From NCBI GenBank assembly GCA_965153355.1, contig OZ231126.1, positions 39,432,001 through 39,496,000 of the forward strand: a stretch of DNA of 64,000 nt, given 5' to 3'. The notes under the pieces are model-generated. The model did not search any database and was not told the DNA's origin. It saw nothing but the letters and a program-made list of their open reading frames with translations. The stretch comes from Flaccisagitta enflata. Its lineage: Eukaryota. Below are positions 14,148 through 27,983 of this stretch, piece after piece. The stretch's first letter is position 1, and each line of letters begins with the position of its first letter. Both the position numbers and the translations under genes were made by a program.

Positions 14148-14633
14148 CTGAGGGTAAGGCAGACATTTGAGAATGGTAGAAGTAAAAGGTTTTAGGCTTT
14201 TTAACATTTGATAACCTCAAAAAGATCAATCACCCTCTTCTTTCCTCTCCTCCTCTTTACAATTCCTCTCCCTCTCCCCTCCATCATCTCGTCCCCCCCC
14301 CCTCATCCTCGTTCCTCAATGTGTTTATCATGATCGAGAAGGAAAACAGATAAAAGATGAGCAGATATTAATAAAAACAATACATTCTTCTCTGTTCGTA
14401 CTAAAGTGAAAAGGAACTGATAAATCAGATTGAACGATGGATAGTAGATGCGTCCTTTATATAACTCATTCTTAGAAGCGCAAAGATGATCACCATTAAT
14501 GAAAAATGTTTATGAAAGATAAACAAACAGCAGCACTTTTTTAGACAAACTGACAGACAACAGAACATTGAAACATTTTCTTTTAATAGGTGCTAAAGTT
14601 CTTAAATAAGGGCTTTGTAATAATGAAGAATAA

Positions 14634-14972
<339 letters not shown>

Positions 14973-15171
14973 TAGATTAAGCAGGCAGAGGGACAGCTAT
15001 GCAGACAGTGCAGAGAGCAACAGACGATGCGACAGACAGACAGACAGAAATGATCAAATTGACAGCCGCAAATAATTCTTTTTAGTGAAGATTTGTACTG
15101 CATAACTAACATGATCACATGTTTAACACAAATCGGAATATAATGTCTATTGTAAATTCATAAACATGCAG

Positions 15172-15394
15172 AGCGCACGACATGGTACGGTTCGTCGCAA
15201 GAAACGAAGACGTTTTGGGACTTTGCACGTTTGGCATGCAAACGAGTTGCCAACAACTGTCTGGCCAACGTCGAAGCCATGGAAGAGCTCAAGTCTGGAA
15301 GGGGCAAAGGCAGGGCCTGGATCAGGATGGCACTCATGGAAAAGAAACTGTCAGAGTACATCGTCTCCGCTCTACAACAAACCAAAATCATCAA
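15172..15394 (+). CDS. RUNDC3: RUNDC3-like exon 3 (RUN core)
   Basis: WYGSSQETKTFWDFARLACKRVANNC...GKGRAWIRMALMEKKLSEYI contains the RUN signature GRAWIRxALxEK; phases 1/2 consistent. Confidence 0.95.
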
Positions 15395-15662
15395 GTACGA
15401 GGATTTGGAAAGATTCATAAATGATCATAAGCAGTGTAATTGTCGAAACGAGTGTTCATAAGATATCATCTGTCGTGAATTGGTTGACCGGCTCGTCGGT
15501 CTGATGGAAAGGCGGTTTGTAAGTCGATCCATCGCGAATGGGCATCGGGAGATTGAATGTAATGCCCTATTAGGCAATATCTTTTTGTTTATGTTTTCAT
15601 TTTGTTTTTGTTTTTGTTTAGATTTACAGCTTTGTTGTTAAATCGAATGATGGATAAAATGA

Positions 15663-15818
<156 letters not shown>

Positions 15819-16178
15819 TGAACATAATAGCGTTCGCTGGTCTGATCTATCCAGCGGCGTATTTGCGCCATAATTTTTGGGGCAGCTAGCCATAATCCGT
15901 GTCCCAACGATGAAACCGTGTCCCAACAATGAAACCGGATGGGTTTTGTGCCCCAACAAAAAGAGCAGCAGCTGCTGCCCCTGAAGCCCCGTCAAATACG
16001 CCCCTTGATGTATCTATTGGTCATTGCGTTGGTTAAGTGTCACTCAGGATTTCTGTGACTCACAGTGTGTGTGCTATTTTGTAGAAAATTCGAAATTTTA
16101 GAAGACAAGAAATGCAATCCGCTATGTCCGGTCAGGATTTCCGTTATCGAATATCTCAATTCTAAGGGTTTGAATAGA

Positions 16179-16400
16179 AACAAAGCCGGATACACGGCTA
16201 CCTTAGTCGCGTGCGGGTGGGCAGGGGCAGTATTTTAGTTACTAAAGCACTTGGGCAAGTGCAGTGAGGCCAAAGACCGCAAAAACATAAAAAAGTAAAA
16301 TGGGGACCGACCGACCGACCGACCGACCAACCGACCGACCGACCGACCGACCGACCAACCGACGGACAAAGCGGGGTGTAGTGTCGCGTAGCACGCGACT
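16179..16400 (-). mobile_element. Helentron/HINE-like non-autonomous element (AGTCGCG subfamily)
   Basis: Terminal hairpin AGTCGCGTGCTACGCGAC, (GGTC)n, 3' CACGCGACT inverted match and GCCGTGTATCCGGC hairpin, T-rich flanks. Confidence 0.7.
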
Positions 16401-16969
16401 AAAAAATAGACCCATCTCGATTTGTTTGCATATGGGTCCTGAAAAGGGTGTATATAACAAGAATATGATATTTGTTTTTGCCTAACTCGAGCCAAAAAAA
16501 ATAAGGAACATTTTGTTGTGCCAAAAAGTGCCACTTTTTTATGAAAAATACTATATAGAGAAACAAATATGGTGTTTTTTCTACTATTACATAGATCACT
16601 TGATATAATTAATAAGTGACAAAACTTAGCACGGTTAAGCATGGACCTGGGAGGTCCAAAAATTGTTTTGAATGGGCAAAAAGGCAAGATACACGGCTAC
16701 CCCAGTCACGTGCGGGTGGGCAGGAGCAGTACAGAAGGTCACTACAGCCTTTGGGCAGGAGCAGTAGGCTCAAAAAGCTCAAAAACACAAAAAAGAAAAA
16801 AGAAAAAAAAAGACCGACCAACCGACCCACTGTGGGGTATAGAGTCGCGTAGCAAGAGACCTAAAAATATAGAAATACCATAAACTAATCATTTGGAACA
16901 ATTTTTTAGGGTAAAAACTATGTCTAGCATGAGACTCATTCATCTACCGCAAAAGACCTACGAGAAATA

Positions 16970-17306
16970 CCGTATTTTCTCCATTTATCGCCCCCCCCTC
17001 CAATTAACGCCCCCCCCCTCTTTCAGCTCTCCAGAACAGTAATTTGAAAGAAGGTGAAATAGCAAATAATCTTTAAAAGTAGAAAGATTTTGCATATTTC
17101 AGCGTTTTTTTTTCAAGGATTGAAAAAAAAAACAAGCAAGATACATTTTATTTTATCTTTATCTGATATCCTAAGTAGCATTTTTTATGAATAATATATA
17201 ATTAGAGAGTTCTCACAAATCAAAAGGGGGCGTTAATTGGAAGGTAGAATAACAATATATTTTTTCAATTTCAAAAGCGCCTGGGGCGCTAATTAGAGAA
17301 AATACG
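16970..17306. mobile_element. Tc1/pogo-like MITE
   Basis: TA|CCGTATTTTCTC..CGCCCC and GGGGCG..GAGAAAATACG|TA imperfect TIRs. Confidence 0.65.
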
Positions 17307-17312
17307 TAAGCA

Positions 17313-18046
17313 AACAAGGCCAAGAGATGTCCAACAAATGCGACCTCTTTAGAAGTAAGATATCTAGATACAAATTATTAAGATATAAAGATATTATGAT
17401 ATTATGATGAGAAGATATAAAGATATTGAGATGAAGAGAAATAAATAAACTAATTACTCCCTAACCCCCTCCTTACTCTCCCCCCACCCCTCCCCCCAAC
17501 CCCCACAGCTCCCGACCCCCCTCACGCGATCACGCCTCCCCACCCCCCCCCACGCCTCTCCAACCCCCACGCCTCCCAACCCCCCACATGCCTCCCTACC
17601 CCCCACACCTCCTCCCCACAAATGAAGGGACATGGAGACCTTAAGAGACATGAAGACATGAGGAAACAAAAGGAGACATGAAGATACATGAAGAGACATA
17701 AGAGACATTTCAGAGACATATAAGAGACACAAGATACATAAGAGACATGAGATATAAAAGAAATAAGAGACAAAAGAGACATATGTAGGACCCATGATAG
17801 ACAAAAGAGACAAAAGAGACAAAAGAGACATAGGAGACATATAGGAGCTATGAGAGACAAAAGAGACAAAAGGTACATAAGAAGTGTGAGAGACAAGAAG
17901 AGACAAGAAGAGACATGAAGAGACATAGAGAAATGAAGAGAAAACCCTAAAGATAGCATTTTAAAAATTTCGCGTGACACTCAGGCATTCAGACAGACAT
18001 TCAGATTCAGGGACACACACTCTTATAGAGATGCGAGGACGCATCT
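17313..18046 (-). mobile_element. HINE-like element (AGATGCG subfamily) with expanded low-complexity interior
   Basis: Ends AACAAGGCC and AGATGCGAGGACGCATCT hairpin; interior C-rich and AAGAGAC repeats. Confidence 0.6.
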
Positions 18047-18113
18047 AAAAACAAAAGACCACAATATGCAAATGAGATCTTATTTGCAAAATACGGTTTT
18101 ACATTTTCGCATA

Positions 18114-18713
18114 CAGTGGGGTTCGTGGAATAACAGCCTAAACTGGAGGAAGGTATTTAAGTGTCTTAATGTCATTTGACAAAGTTGATATTTGAAATAT
18201 AAGTTGTTCACTTGATGCTTTTGTCCCTGAGTTCTTCGGTTGCTATGGAAACCAAAATTATTTTTTCAAACATCTATAACCACTAAAATATCAATATTTT
18301 GAGAAATATTGTCAGGGAACATTGCTTAAAATTAAATTTGCTACAACTTTCCCACAGTATGTTCTGTAAGAATATTGCTTGTTTTGCCGTTGCTAGGGGG
18401 TATCTCACCTAGCAACCGCTAAATGATGCTTCCTAGCAATGGCTAAACGAGCAATATTCTTACAGAACATACTGTGGCAAAGTTGTAGCAAATTTTATTT
18501 TGAGCAATGTTCCCTGATAATATTTGTCAAAATATCAATATTCTAATTGTTATAAATGTTTAAAAAAAATTTTGGTTTCCATAGCAACCGAAAAACTCAG
18601 GGACAAAAGCATCAAGTGAACAATTTATATTTCAAATATCAAGTTTGTCAAAGGAAATTAAGACACTTAAATACCTTCCTCCAGTTTAGGCTGTTATTCC
18701 ACGAACCCCACTG
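18114..18713. mobile_element. Fully palindromic Tc1/mariner-like MITE (600 bp)
   Basis: TA|CAGTGGGGTTCGTGGAATAACAGCC...GGCTGTTATTCCACGAACCCCACTG|TA; ~290-bp inverted arms. Confidence 0.9.
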
Positions 18714-19119
18714 TATAACTTGCCCATTTTATGTAGAAGAAAAATAGTATTCATACCTAGGTTATATTATAGCCTAAAAAATTGTTCAAAATGATAAATT
18801 ATTCATTTTTGGGCCTTTTTTTTTTATTTTCAGTTTTTAAAGCCACTTTTTTACACTTTACGCCTATTCCAAATTGTTCTGAGTTTTCTTAAGTGTCACT
18901 TACTAGTGGCACTCCACTTATCTGAAGAAAAAAAACTAAAAATGGTTCATTCAAACCTAATTTTTTGATGAAAATAGCCTTTCATAGCACTAAAAACCGT
19001 TTCTTATTTTTTTTGGCTCAAGTTTGGCCAAAAAGAACGTCATATTCTTGTTCTACGTCCTTTTTAGCACCCCTGTGCAAAAATCTGTAATGGGTCCATC
19101 TTTTATTTTCTTGAATTGA

Positions 19120-19296
<177 letters not shown>

Positions 19297-20013
19297 TGAG
19301 AACACATTCCAAATTCTATTCTTTCATTTGATGAGTGAAAACTGTACAGTGAACTGTGAATACCCAATTTGTATTCAAATTACCTCATACGCTTCGCTTA
19401 ACGTCCCTGCACTCCCTGCAGCTTGATGTTCTAATCATGCTTTGTGTCAGGAGTGTTCTTTAGTAATAGTCAAAAATATTCCGCACTAATGCTTCCGGGC
19501 TTATCTTACATATTTGTATTCAATTGTACTTTAAACTTCATCCCACTTAATGTCGACCCATCCAATTCCCTAATTCACACGCCAGAGGACAGCTCTAACA
19601 GTACCCTTTCCTTAAAATATATTGTATTTCTTTAAAATGCTCGAAAAATTTTATTTTAAATAGAAAAAATCTGATACATTTAGTAAAAAGTATATTCCTA
19701 AGGAATTTTGATAGCGTTTCAAACAACCATATTTTAGGTATGTATGTGTATGTATGTACGTGTATGTAATGGACGCTTACACTGTATGAATGTCCGTATT
19801 TTTTCAGATTTTCTTAAAATTTTTAAATGTTTCTTATATGGATAATTGTATAAGGTTCATATAGGATGAATTGTTGCACTCATCACCCACTCTTTTTCCA
19901 TCTAAGTCTAATTTATACATATTCGATCCCGTTCCGTATGATTCCAATCCATTTCTTCATTCATTCAATTTCACTCATTCGCGATTCTCGATGCTTTGTA
20001 CCTTCTTTCCCAG

Positions 20014-20324
20014 TACGCCAGAAACAGCGAGTCTTGACGGAGGCGATCGTGATTTCAACGACAGTTCAGAACTCATCTCTTCCATCATTTCCGGCACGGA
20101 GAGTGCTATCGGCGCCGACGAACTGCCCCAATCCGGCGTCGTTGACGGGAGCGGAAGTGGCGGTGTTGACGGTGGTGTTGACGCCGGCTCCGGTGACGGG
20201 CGGCGTAGTGGCAGCGGCAGCGGCGGCAACGAAGGATCGGTCAGAAGGAATTTCTCTTCCGTGTCTTTAGGATCTTTGGAAGATTCAACGGAAGTTGACA
20301 TCAACGGCAATAACAACAATGGAG
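20014..20324 (+). CDS. RUNDC3: RUNDC3-like exon 6 (Gly/Ser-rich linker)
   Basis: GC-rich open frame TPETASLDGGDRD...NGNNNNG after a pyrimidine tract and cag|; phase 2 in and phase 1 out fit neighbouring exons. Confidence 0.8.
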
Positions 20325-21098
20325 GTGATGAGTTTATAACAATATTAAATTGATAGAGGGCTGGCAATAAAGAATTAAAAAAAAAAATTACCAGCCAATA
20401 CGCGTACTACCTAGGAAATAAGTTTGTCGGCGAGCTTAACTGTACATAACTGCTTCAAAATTGCACCAATCTAATTAAAATTGGTGAGATTCTAAAACTA
20501 CATCGAAATTTCTTTCAAATGGCACCAACCCCAATTATGAAGCTCAAACCGTTTAGAAATGAGAGCAAAAAGAAAATTATCACTAACACAGGTAAATAGC
20601 AAAAATATGGCATTCTGATTTTTTTTTTGCTTGCTTGCTTGCATATAAATAGCAGCACAAGCCCAATTTCAGACAGACAAACTTGTTGGCTTGCTCATAA
20701 ACAGTTCAAGTCACAACTAGATAAGGAATAGTGTATAGGTAACACATATGTAAGACTAGATATATATTGATGGCAGGCTTGAAAATATCATAATGAAAGT
20801 CTGAAAACCTGTGAAGCCCCGATGCCTTCCAAGGCTTTGTCAAAGCTTTCCCAGTTATATAAAGCTGTCAAATGATGCCTAAGGAGATGTCCCAATGTAT
20901 CAGTTATGTTTTTGGTACTTTGATTATACTTTTTTGTCATCTCAATTGCGATTTCTTAACTCGCGGACAAACTTTTTTCCAACTTAGTACAAGCAAGGTG
21001 ACATGGATGGTAGGTTTACAGAATTGAGTGATTTCGAGCAAAGATGAATGATGAATGATTGTAGTTGATTATGATACCATGCGGTTTTTGACATTCAG

Positions 21099-21316
21099 GG
21101 ACGGGTGATTGCGGGGCAGGAAGTGCCGTGGAATCCTTCTTACTAGGAAGCGAGTCTCCTCCTCCTCCATCTACCAAGTCCATGGACTCCATTTCCCTCT
21201 CCACCATCGACACCAACAACGACAACACCAATGACAACAGCAACAGCAGTGAAGAATCGGTCAGAACCAAATACAAGAAGCTTGAGGCCAAATACAAAAC
21301 CGTCTGTGAACAAAAG
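21099..21316 (+). CDS. RUNDC3: RUNDC3-like exon 7
   Basis: Ends TKYKKLEAKYKTVCEQK, resembling RUNDC3A KWHKMEQKFRIVYAQK; |gtaccg donor, phase 0. Confidence 0.88.
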
Positions 21317-21348
21317 GTACCGGACCCCCATTTTGAAATCACGGTTTT

Positions 21349-21495
21349 AGTCGCGTGCTACGCGACTCTACACCCCGCTTTGTCCGTCCATCCGTCGGTT
21401 GGTTGGTAGGTCGGTCGGACCGACTCGCTCCCCATTTATTTTTTTTAATTTTTGCTGCCCCTGCACACCCGCACGCGACTGCATCCGGCCTTGTT
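21349..21495 (+). mobile_element. HINE-like element in RUNDC3 intron 7
   Basis: TTTT-AGTCGCGTGCTACGCGACTCTACA...CCCGCACGCGACT..CCGGCCTTGTT. Confidence 0.7.
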
Positions 21496-21608
21496 TTCTT
21501 TTGTTTTGTTGTCGTTTTTTTTTAAACGTATTTTTGTGTTGGTTTTTTTTGTGTGTTTTTTTTTTTTTTTTTTTTTTTTGCGTTTGCGTACAATTGAATT
21601 CGAATAAT

Positions 21609-21686
<78 letters not shown>

Positions 21687-21690
21687 TCAG

Positions 21691-21848
21691 GGTTATTTAG
21701 AGGAACTTGTTCGTCTCCGTGAATCTCAGTTGGAAGATGCTCATAAACAGCGCCAAAAACTCGTCGACACGATACAGAATTTTGAAAGTGAAAGTCGGAA
21801 GGAGAGGCATCAACTCGAAGGGATCATCATCGAACTTCAGGCTCAACT
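21691..21848 (+). CDS. RUNDC3: RUNDC3-like exon 8 (coiled coil)
   Basis: GYLEELVRLRESQLEDAH...ERHQLEGIIIELQAQL closely matches the RUNDC3 GYLEELVRLRESQL...LEGVILELQEQL block; |gtgagt donor, phase 2. Confidence 0.95.
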
Positions 21849-21937
21849 GTGAGTACCGACCTGACAATCAGCTTGATTTGCAAGCTGGTCATCACGTGCG
21901 GAAGCTTCTGTGGAACGGACCTCAAAGGCTAGATTAA

Positions 21938-24350
21938 TACCAGTAATGGCGGCTGTCGCCGTGAGGAAAAAAGTCGTAAGCATTGGTCACTTTTCACCAT
22001 CTTCAGTCACTGAAATTTTGTTAGATCAAATCAAAAGCAATTGTATGTATTGACTGCACTGAAAATCAGAGAAAAATAGGACTGAGCCAAATGAGCTAGA
22101 TGAGCTAAAATAATCAAAATGATTCAACCAGACAACCAGCTTTGCTCACTGACATGCTTTCTTGTATTTGCATGCTTAAATCAAAACATTAATTTATTTA
22201 TCCTGTTTAAAATCAGAGAAAAAGCACAAGCTAAATGAGCTAAATGAGCTAGAATACTTGAAAACGCCTTCACAGATGAGCAGCTCTGCTCACTGACATG
22301 TTTTTTTATTTGCTTGCTTAAACAAGTTTTAAAATATTCATTCATTTATCATATTTGAAATCAGAAAGAACAGACTGAGCTAAGTTAGCTAAATGAGCTA
22401 AAATGCTCAAAAACGCCCTCACAGATGAGCAGCTGTGCTCATAAACATGTTTTCTTGTATTTGCATGCTCAAACAAACATAAATACACTCTTTTATCGAT
22501 CCTACACAAAATCGTAAAAAATCAAAAAAAATTTCATTCGAATTTTTCATAAATAAATCTTTAAAAAATCATAGCGCGAAAAATATTTGTCGTAGAGCAT
22601 TCTGTTTGGCGCCAAATGAAAGAGAATTATCAAATTTACTTACCCTATCAATTTCATTGGAGGCCCCAATTGGTCGGTGGAGATGCCCAACTTTCCCATA
22701 AGAAAATGAAAACCCTGTTTCTCTCGAATATGTCAAAAAGTCGAAGACTGACTTTGACTTTTTTCCCGATCATCAAGTGCTTAAAGCCCGAGTATACACT
22801 TTTTAGTCGCGACTCAACACCCTACTTTGTCCATCCGTCCATATGGTGTTTTAGGTGTCATGATGGTTGTTGGGTGTTTGGTTGGGTTCTGGTCTGCATC
22901 GGGGGTGTATTTGGTCTACGGTGATAGTGTTTTAGGTGTCATAGGTGGTTGGTGGGTGTATGGTTGGTCTCTGGTCTGCATCGGGGGTGTATTTGGTCCA
23001 CAGTGCGTCGGTCGGTTCATTGGTCAGTCGGGAACAGAGTACTTTTTGGCTTTTACGGGCGTTCTTTGCATTAGTGTACTGCTCCTGCAAAATCGCATGG
23101 TTAACCTTGCCACTGCCCAGTGCCCACTCCCATGCGACTTGGGTAGCCATATATCCGGCCTTGTTTTTCTTGACTTCCTGAGAAAACAAGGCCCATACAC
23201 GGCTACCAAAGTCACCTGCGGTTGGGCAGGTGTAGTTCAAAAAAGGCTATGAACATTTGGACAGGGGCAGTAATCGGGAAAAAAGTCGAAGTCAGTCTTT
23301 AACTTTTTGACATATTCTAGAGAAACAGGGTTTTTATTTTCTTATGCCAAAGTTTCGGAACTCATCCGGCTGATTGGTCCCTTAAACAAAATTGATAGGG
23401 TAAGTTAACTTGATAATTCTCTTTTATTTGTCACAAAGCAATTCTCTTTCATTTGACGCCAAGCAATTCTCTTTCATTTGATGCCAAGCAATTTGCAATT
23501 TGCCAAGCAATTTGCCAAACAATTTGCTCTACGGCAAATATTTTTTGCGTTTTGAATTTTTAAAGATTTATTTATGAATAATTCAAATTAAATTTTTTTT
23601 GATTTTTTATTATTTTAAGTATGAACAATACAGGAGTGTATTAAAGTTTGTTTGAGCAAATACCAGAAAACATGTTTATGAGCATAGCTGTTTTTGAGCA
23701 ATTCAGCTCATTAAGCTCAATCTTTTTTTTTTTCTTATTTTAAATGCGACAAATGAATAGATATTTTTATACACTTTTAAGCAAGAAGCTATGGGAAAGC
23801 ATGTCAGTGAGCAGAGCTGCTCATCTGTGAGTGTGTTTTTGGGTATTCTAGCTCATTTAGCGCAGTTTTCTTTTTTTTACCGGATAAATAAATGTTTTGA
23901 TTGAGCATACAAATACAAGAAAGCATTTCAGTGAGCATAGCTGGATATCTGGTTGAGTGATTTAGAGTATTTTAGCTCATTTGGCTCAGTTCAGCTCATT
24001 TAGCTCATTTGGCTCAGATCTTTTTCTCTGATTTTTAGAGCAATCAATACATACAATTGCTCTTAATTTGATCTAACAAATAAAACAAATACAGAGACTG
24101 AAGATAAAAGTTTGGTATGAGCTACTGGTTATTATGGAAAGAAGCAGCGTTATCAAAAGTGTAATAAATCTTTTATGTCATTTTGCATTGTTCGTGATAT
24201 TTTCTTCGTAATATGTGTTATTGAAAGTATTGTTCTACATAGGAGTTACTCGCTGTTCCCAATATTTCTATGTCTTTTCTCTCCTCTCTTGCATGAAGTG
24301 ACCAACGCTTACGACTTTTTTCCTCACGGCGGCAGCCGCCATTACTGGTA
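21938..24350. mobile_element. 2.4-kb foldback/TIR element with nested HINE-like copies
   Basis: ~55-bp TIR TACCAGTAATGGCGGCTG..AAGTCGTAAGC-TTGGTCACT and its reverse complement ending 24350; ~800-bp inverted arms; TAA (or TA) flanks. Confidence 0.85.
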
Positions 24351-24490
24351 TAAAAATCACCTTAAATGCAAAAAAAAGTGTTACCGACCAACTGACAGAC
24401 CGACCAACCGAAGGATAATTAAGTTTCGCAAATAAAAAGAATATGTATGAACAGTCATGCATATCAGATTATGTACCTAATAAGTAATAA

Positions 24491-24848
24491 CGGTCTAGGT
24501 GTAGGAGCTGGCCGGACTGAGTTAGTACTTTACCTGACCTCACTTTCATCCCTGATTTCAACAGGGTGGAACATTCGGAGAGGGTAGTTAGATTATAGGG
24601 TTTGGTCTAGGGGTAGGGTTGGGTTAATGGGTAGGGTTGGGTTAAGCGGTAGGGTAAGGTTGAGGGGAGTGGTAGGGTTGGGTTTAGGGAATGAGTTTAG
24701 GGGTAGGATTGAGTTTAGGGGTCAGTAGGGTTTTGGGGTAGGGATGAGTCAGGGATGACCTTAATAATTCATTGTCGGCGCGATGTCGCGTAAAAAAATG
24801 ATAAAACATACGCGTTTGTATGTCCGGCCAGCTCCTACACCTTTGCCG
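24491..24848. mobile_element. TIR element with 6-bp TSD and telomere-like interior
   Basis: TAATAA|CGGnnnAGGTGTAGGAGCTGGCCGGAC...GTCCGGCCAGCTCCTACACCTnnnCCG|TAATAA. Confidence 0.8.
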
Positions 24849-24883
24849 TAATAACAACCAAAAAAAAAAAAAATCAAATGGAA

Positions 24884-25048
24884 AACAAGGCCGGATACAC
24901 GGCCAATACCAGTTGCGGACGGGTGGGCAGGGGCGGAAATGCGCGTTTTCACACTTTCCAACTCGATCACCATGACGGACGGACCGACGGACCAACGGAC
25001 GGACGGACGGACGGACAAAGCCTCTCATAGAGTTGCGTGTCCGCAACT
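24884..25048 (-). mobile_element. HINE-like element (AGTTGCG subfamily)
   Basis: Hairpin AGTTGCGTGTCCGCAACT, (GGAC)n, AACAAGGCCGGATACACGGCC end; very similar to 50820-50958. Confidence 0.75.
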
Positions 25049-25312
25049 AAAAACAGTCCGTCTTACAAATTTCTCATACAGCCCAGATACCTGTTTTTTT
25101 TTCTGGAAAACAAAGAGAGAAGGCAACAATCAGCAAATGGGTAACGCCAATAGAAGAAATACTTTTTTCTTTAAAAACGAGAATATTTAAAACAAACAGC
25201 GATGAAGCAGTGCTTCTATAATAAAAACAAATATCACGATTATCATGAGTGAATGATGAAAGACGGAATGAGAGGTAGGACAGGCATATCACAGCCGCTA
25301 GTTCAAGGACTA

Positions 25313-26065
25313 CACTTTTTTTTTTTTATAAGCACGCTCCTTTTTTGGCTGAGGCTGAGCGTGCTTAGCAAAATCTTATTTTCGAGGCTGAAATGTGCTT
25401 AAGTGCGTGTTTATCATTTGTCGGTAAGTAATTATCCTATTAAGTATAGAACAAAGTACACAGTATATAACAAAAACAGTATAGAACAAAATACACAGTA
25501 GGATATATAAAACAGTAAAGTATAGAGTATTGTATAGAATAGAATACAGTATAGTATAAAACACAATGATGAATGTATTTGTTATAAGAAAATATTCAGT
25601 ATCTTTCACTGGCGTTGTCCTACTTTCATATAAACCATGGGATGATATTAGTATCATGACCTGATAGTTTGTTTTTTTTTGGATTTTTGTGTTATTTAGT
25701 ATCATGCTATATTTTTCTTCTTGGTGGTGCTTTTTACAGCAATAAATTCTTATTAACAATAATATCTAAGCAATAATATTCTTTAATATTATTAGGAATT
25801 CAATTATTTCTATCAGTATCAAAATCCTAAATGTACTGACAGACTGATATTAGAGTTGATTTCAAATTCCATCAAAGTTTCCATTTGTTTTTGTGAAATT
25901 CCAACCAAAAATATATAAAAATCGGCATATTTTTGGAAAATCATCAATGATTTTTTTTGAATGGAAAATCTAAGCCTGGAGCGTGCTTAGCAATGTGCTT
26001 AAATTTTCCCAATATCTGAGGCTGGGCGTGCTTATAAACGAGGTGCTTATAAAAAAAATAAAGTG
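25313..26065. mobile_element. TA-flanked Tc1/pogo-like MITE
   Basis: TA|CACTTT..TTATAAGCAC ... GTGCTTATAA..AAAGTG|TA with repeated TAAGCA subterminal motifs. Confidence 0.75.
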
Positions 26066-27501
26066 TATAGCTAGTTGAACAACTACGAAGTTGCCAAAAT
26101 GGGCAGAAATAAAAATGATCCAGGGTAAAACTGGACGGAAATAAACTACAACTAATGACCATCAATATCGCTGGACGGAAATTCTGTCTGTCTGTTCAAA
26201 AGTAAGGACGCGTTCGTGCGTTGCAGACAGATCGCCAATTTTTACCTGTCAGCGGTGCCTGTCCTTACTTCAGTTACTTGTATGGGTGTTCCTTTGTTAG
26301 CGTAGCTCAAAATTGCCTCGACGATTGAAAGCTCTGATAGTCATTTGCATCTTACTCAAAATTGTATTCCCAGACAAAAGAACAATCAGTTTCTTTACAT
26401 TCTTGAAAGAAGGAACCCGGTGTTACAATATGTTCCGTACGTAACGGACGGGTGGGGAGGGGGGTGACAAGAAGCGCGCGCACACACACACACACACACA
26501 CACATACTTTTTTACTTGATCATAATAGACCGACCGGCCAACGGACAGACGGTCAAAACCTAAAGACTGTAAAGTCGCGATCCGCGACTTGAAAAATTGT
26601 TAGTGACGCAAAAGTGATACAAAAGTGTGAATCCTACTTAGTTACGGAAAAAGGCTCGTCCACCTGTTCGTTTCTTTATCCGTCTGTTCATCCGTAGTTC
26701 TGTTGGTCTGTCGCGCTCTAATTGAATTAAGCGTTAGGTACACGCACTTGACTGAGTAACAACCTTCTTTATAACAACGTTGAGGCTTAAAACGTCCAAA
26801 AAATAAGAACATTTCTAGCAACATCGTCAGCCTCAGAAAATTGAAAATATAACAACAGTTCAGCCTCAAGTCCAACCAATAACAGCTTTTCTCTCAGATT
26901 CGCTATAATTTCCGTTGCAAACAATTGTAACATGTGGCGGTTTCATAGAAGAGGTGGCTTTTCCTACTATATTTTAGTTATAACAATATTTTGTTCCTGA
27001 TTTTGAATGGTTGTTCTCCATAATTTCATTCCCAGCCTAGATCCCTCACATTCCAGAGAAAGCAGCGAAAGGAATGACAGTACAGACATCATAATCAATC
27101 GTTATATTAGAAGATTGAGGAGAAAAAAATAACAACAGTTTAGCAACGGTTTGAGCCTCAAATCGTTATTCAAATAACAACATTGAGCCTCAGAAAAAAA
27201 TAACCCGTTGTTACTACGTTCCCCCCCCCCTACCGGCCTACCCCATCCCCCTTCCGCAACGATTACGTAACAACGGGCTACTTGTTTCTCTACGTTCTTT
27301 ATGGCATGTGTCTGATCACATATATGTCGACGTTTGTCTAACAGACATTGCCTATGATTGAGTCCTCGTCTGTGCTTACGCGATTACGTCTTAGCTGCGT
27401 CCGTCCATCGCATTTGGTTTCCGGCCTCTGTCTAGAGAAAATTCGTGACGTCGCATTTGCCCGATGTTTGTGTCTTTCATTACTTCAAGAAATTTTTTCT
27501 C

Positions 27502-27584
<83 letters not shown>

Positions 27585-27831
27585 ATCTTTCTATCTTTCT
27601 TTTAAGTTGCGGACACGCAACTCTATAAGAGGTTTTGTCCGTCCGTTGGTCCGTCAGTCCGTTTGACCGTCCGCGTCCGTGGGCACAAGTCGAAAAGTGG
27701 GAAAACGAGCTTGTTAGAAGTTTATTGTGTATGTGTGTGTGTTGGAGGGGAGGTTAGATGGGGCGTTGGGTGTGGATGGGGATTCGCTGCCCCTGCCCAC
27801 CCGTCTTTTTTTCTTTCTTTCTTTCTTTTTT

Positions 27832-27983
<152 letters not shown>

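Noticed and set aside
24565-24598. Phase-compatible terminal exon for RUNDC3 (VEHSERVVRL*)
   Set aside because: Lies inside the 24491-24848 TIR element; the 30592 exon has better splice signals.
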